In this document: in pieces, positions 60,936-64,000 of the stretch
Layout of the letters: the number at the start of each line of letters is the position of its first letter
How positions within the stretch are numbered: position 1 is the stretch's first letter
Assembly: GCA_964016885.1 (NCBI GenBank)
Contig: OZ024743.1
Span: 314,712,001 to 314,776,000, forward strand
Length of the DNA stretch: 64,000 nt
DNA from: Eledone cirrhosa
Lineage: Eukaryota
Reading direction: 5' to 3'
Translations under genes and position numbers: made by a program
The notes under the pieces: model-generated
What the model saw: only the letters and a program-made list of their open reading frames with translations
What the model was told of the DNA's origin: nothing
Database searches by the model: none

Positions 60936-61022
60936 AACAGAGAGTGAGTGAGTGAAGGGTGAGGAAGAGGCTAGCAGAGAGAGTGACTGTTAGAGAGTGT
61001 AAAGATACAGAGAAAGAGGAAT

Positions 61023-61083
<61 letters not shown>

Positions 61084-61325
61084 AAATACGCAAACACATA
61101 TTTGCATACATACATTTATGTGTACATGCATATATGATGGCTATCAAACACAAGCTTCAGACTTGTAGGTGTTGCAAAGGGCTATGCTTTTTAAACCTGT
61201 AAGTGAATTAGTATTTTGCAGTTTTAGCAGGCGTGCAACGCTCTCGGTACTGGTATCTTGAGGTACAATATATATTTTATGTACCTTTTTAGGCCACCAA
61301 CTGACCGTCATTCTTTGTCGCAAGT

Positions 61326-61411
61326 TCTGCATGTGTATGTTGTATTTACGTCTATGGTGATTTGATAATTATCAAATCGCCATAGACGGAAATACAACAT
61401 ACGCATGCAGA
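61326..61411. repeat. 86-bp imperfect palindrome
   Basis: tctgcatgtgtatgttgtatttacgtctatggtgatttgataa|ttatcaaatcgccatagacggaaatacaacatacgcatgcaga. Confidence 0.88.
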
Positions 61412-61539
61412 GTTCTTTATTCATGTCTTCGAAGATGAGCTTTCTTACCAACCATTATGACATAGAATCGGTTTCAAATTTACATGTTAACCCACGGACA
61501 TTGCCACCTTTCTGTGAGAAATTATCAAGGATACCATTT

Positions 61540-61640
61540 CTGATCTACCTTTTTCATTTTTCATGGTTTACCGAAGATATTTCAGAAAGGACGTTTCCTT
61601 GATAGACCATTTTTCTCCTTTTAATTCTATCAAATGATTC
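61540..61640 (+). pseudogene. Possible degenerate PLE RT N-terminal motif
   Basis: FHGLPKI...KDVSL.RP with frameshifts resembles the PLE FYGLPKIHK..PLRPI motif. Confidence 0.3.
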
Positions 61641-61674
61641 AGTTTTCCGTGTTTAGTATTCATATTAGCACATA

Positions 61675-61900
61675 TAAGTGACTCTTTAAGACAGCTCTTA
61701 TCTCTCTTCATTGGCTAATGAGGATGTTGCTTTGCACTGGCTAATCCTCCATACATCCTCTTGGAAATTCAGCTATCATTCATGCACACCATGCGACCAA
61801 CCCATCTTAGCCTGTATTGCAGAACAATACACACGTTGCTCTCACAGTGTGTTATCTGAATGTCCGCGGTGTCACTTACATGCTTTCTCAAGTTAAATCC
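61675..61900 (-). mobile_element. RTE (BovB-like) LINE C-terminal fragment
   Basis: LQYRLRWVGRMVCMNDS*ISKRMYGGLASAKQHPH*PMKRDKSCLKESL matches LRW.GH+.RM.D.R+PK...YG.L...R....P+KR+KD.LK.SL. Confidence 0.75.
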
Positions 61901-64000
61901 ATCAATCCTTCTTTATAGTGATGCTTGTAAGCTACCCATGTTTCACAAACGTAAAGTAATGATGTAAGAACGTACATTGCAGACTTTTGTGCTCATAATT
62001 GACACTTAGTTTGAAAATGTAATGCACTTTCTCTCCTAGGCCCATTGCTGGAGAGTGTGTTTTGTGTAAAGACCAGCAGTCACCCATGATATTCGTTTTT
62101 ACCCCATCGATATATCCAGACGGAAAGCAAAGGCGGAAACAACTTGGCGGCAATGAGGATGCAATTCATATATACATTATATATGATGTCGCCAAAGGGC
62201 TAGATAAATGCCCATACAACGTAGAAACTTGTGTCACATGAACTGTCATGCTTTCAGAATCGAACACCCCTAATTTACCAAAATGGATGCATTCATTTTT
62301 ACGTGCGCAGAACATGGGTTATATTCATCTCTTCATAGTTCATACTAGCTGATATTCTCGTTTCAGTATTCTGTGTGTAAAACATGGAAGAGGTTTTAGT
62401 GTTGACGGGCAAGTGAATGATCTTTTTACATGTGACACTATTTCTGTTAGTGTTAGAAATGTACTATTGTAGTCTAAATGAACAGGCTTCTTACATGAGA
62501 CATCATTGTCGGCCAGAGTTGAATCTATCTACTATTACTATGAATACTCTATATTAAATTACAATTGGGTGACCCGAGGTGAGGAGATTTTGATTGTTTC
62601 TATCAGTTTCAGATATTTACAATGAAAATATTTCAGTGTTCAATGATTTTGATAATATATCTACTTATCTCCACAATTTACATTTCACTACCTCTCATAT
62701 TTTAATTTGCCTTTCATCCTTTCAATGCCAGTAAAGAATTAGTCTAGTACTGCAGTCGACTCACCCTCTATACTATTGTCTCACTTCATCTCTATTACTA
62801 TTTTTACCACATCTCTTTCTTTTAAAATGTCGGCTGTGATCAGGCCTGAAAAGTAGACACGCTCCACCAAGATTAAAATGTCAATACTGCACTATCCGTC
62901 TCTAACAGGGCTGATGGGTTCATATATGTAGTAGATACTTTCTGGACGCCAAAGTTCACTCTCAATCTTCAATAGCTACGCTGTATTGTTTGTTTTAATG
63001 GATTGGCGCTCATGCGAAAACGAGTAGTATTTATCAAATCCTACTAATTAGCGTATTGTGAGATCATGCAACTGTAATGTCAAGGATTGCCCAAACATAA
63101 TATTATGCTAAAAACAGCACTTCTTGGATTCAAACGTCTGTTTTCCACGCACCTAAAATGAGTAACCACCGGAACAGCTATCACCAACATTTTTGCTGCA
63201 CGGGCCAGTTCCATGCATCATAATTTTTCCTCGGACCGATGGAGAGCTGTCGGTGTCGGACACACGAATAACAAAACACATATAATAAACTGGATATTAT
63301 AAAATGTTATTATTAATTTAATTATTACATGTGTATTGTAAATGTGACTCAACTCAACATGAGCTAGACCGCAATAATTAATAAAATGAACAAAAAGTAT
63401 TCATTCTTTCTGTGCGGCCTTGTGGATGTGGACAGCTGCATAAGAATAACATATACATAATACCGCAGGTAAATATGTTATGCGAAAACCGAATTCATCG
63501 CTGCAAGTATGGGTACTGACACAGCTGTGTAGATAAAGTGATCGCTTCAAATGAAAGTGATTTTGAACATAGTAAGTATAATATCTGTGGGTAGAAATCA
63601 TCAGAAGAAACATTTATGAATCAAGCACTACGTTTAATACGCGTTATATGACGTTCCATTAATTTAAAATTGTATGCGTTTCTGTGTTTCAATAATTTAT
63701 ATCGGCGTGAGATATTAGCCTTACCTTAAATAACGAAACAAAATAAGGAAAAGTGTTTGTCAGCAATGCTAAATCATCTACTGGAAATATAAGGAATGGC
63801 GTAATTTTTCAAAATGTTTAATATGAAATAAAAACTAATGAAACAGTTTAACAATGTTTCATGTTTTGAATGCTGACATTTCAAATATCAATGGATTTAA
63901 GACTTCATATATATAGGTAGAGCTATTTGGAATTTGAGGTGTTAAAGAAGTTAAGGAACGAAATATTCACTTGTGTGTAGGGGGGGGGGGGTCTTCTCTG

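Noticed and set aside
62030-62120. NIMGDCWSL resembling the Chapaev-type transposase MM.DYCW motif
   Set aside because: A single short degenerate motif without the upstream QGERFHQ block; it needs a profile search.

Overview
AT-rich, microsatellite-saturated animal genomic DNA. The SINE families and repeat landscape suggest a cephalopod, probably Octopus (inference). I cannot support any host protein-coding gene: almost all listed ORFs are translations of (TA)n, (CA)n or (GA)n tracts. The window holds two tRNA-headed SINE families, fragments of R4/Dong, CRE, RTE and CR1 LINEs, mariner remnants, and three Penelope-like retroelement (PLE) coding remnants (Hydra-type at 19.9-21.3 kb and 39.4-41.6 kb; a Nematis-type divergent pair at 23.3-25.2 kb). 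The main unexplained signal is about 15 fold-back (palindromic) elements from at least 10 unrelated sequence families, nearly all embedded in (TA)n. They share a short asymmetric tail on one arm. Many carry a minimal type I hammerhead ribozyme (HHR) with a self-complementary stem III and often a very large stem II insertion. One is a non-coding 658-bp HHR unit with terminal redundancy, resembling a retrozyme or circular RNA. All alignments and folds were done by eye, so boundaries are approximate.
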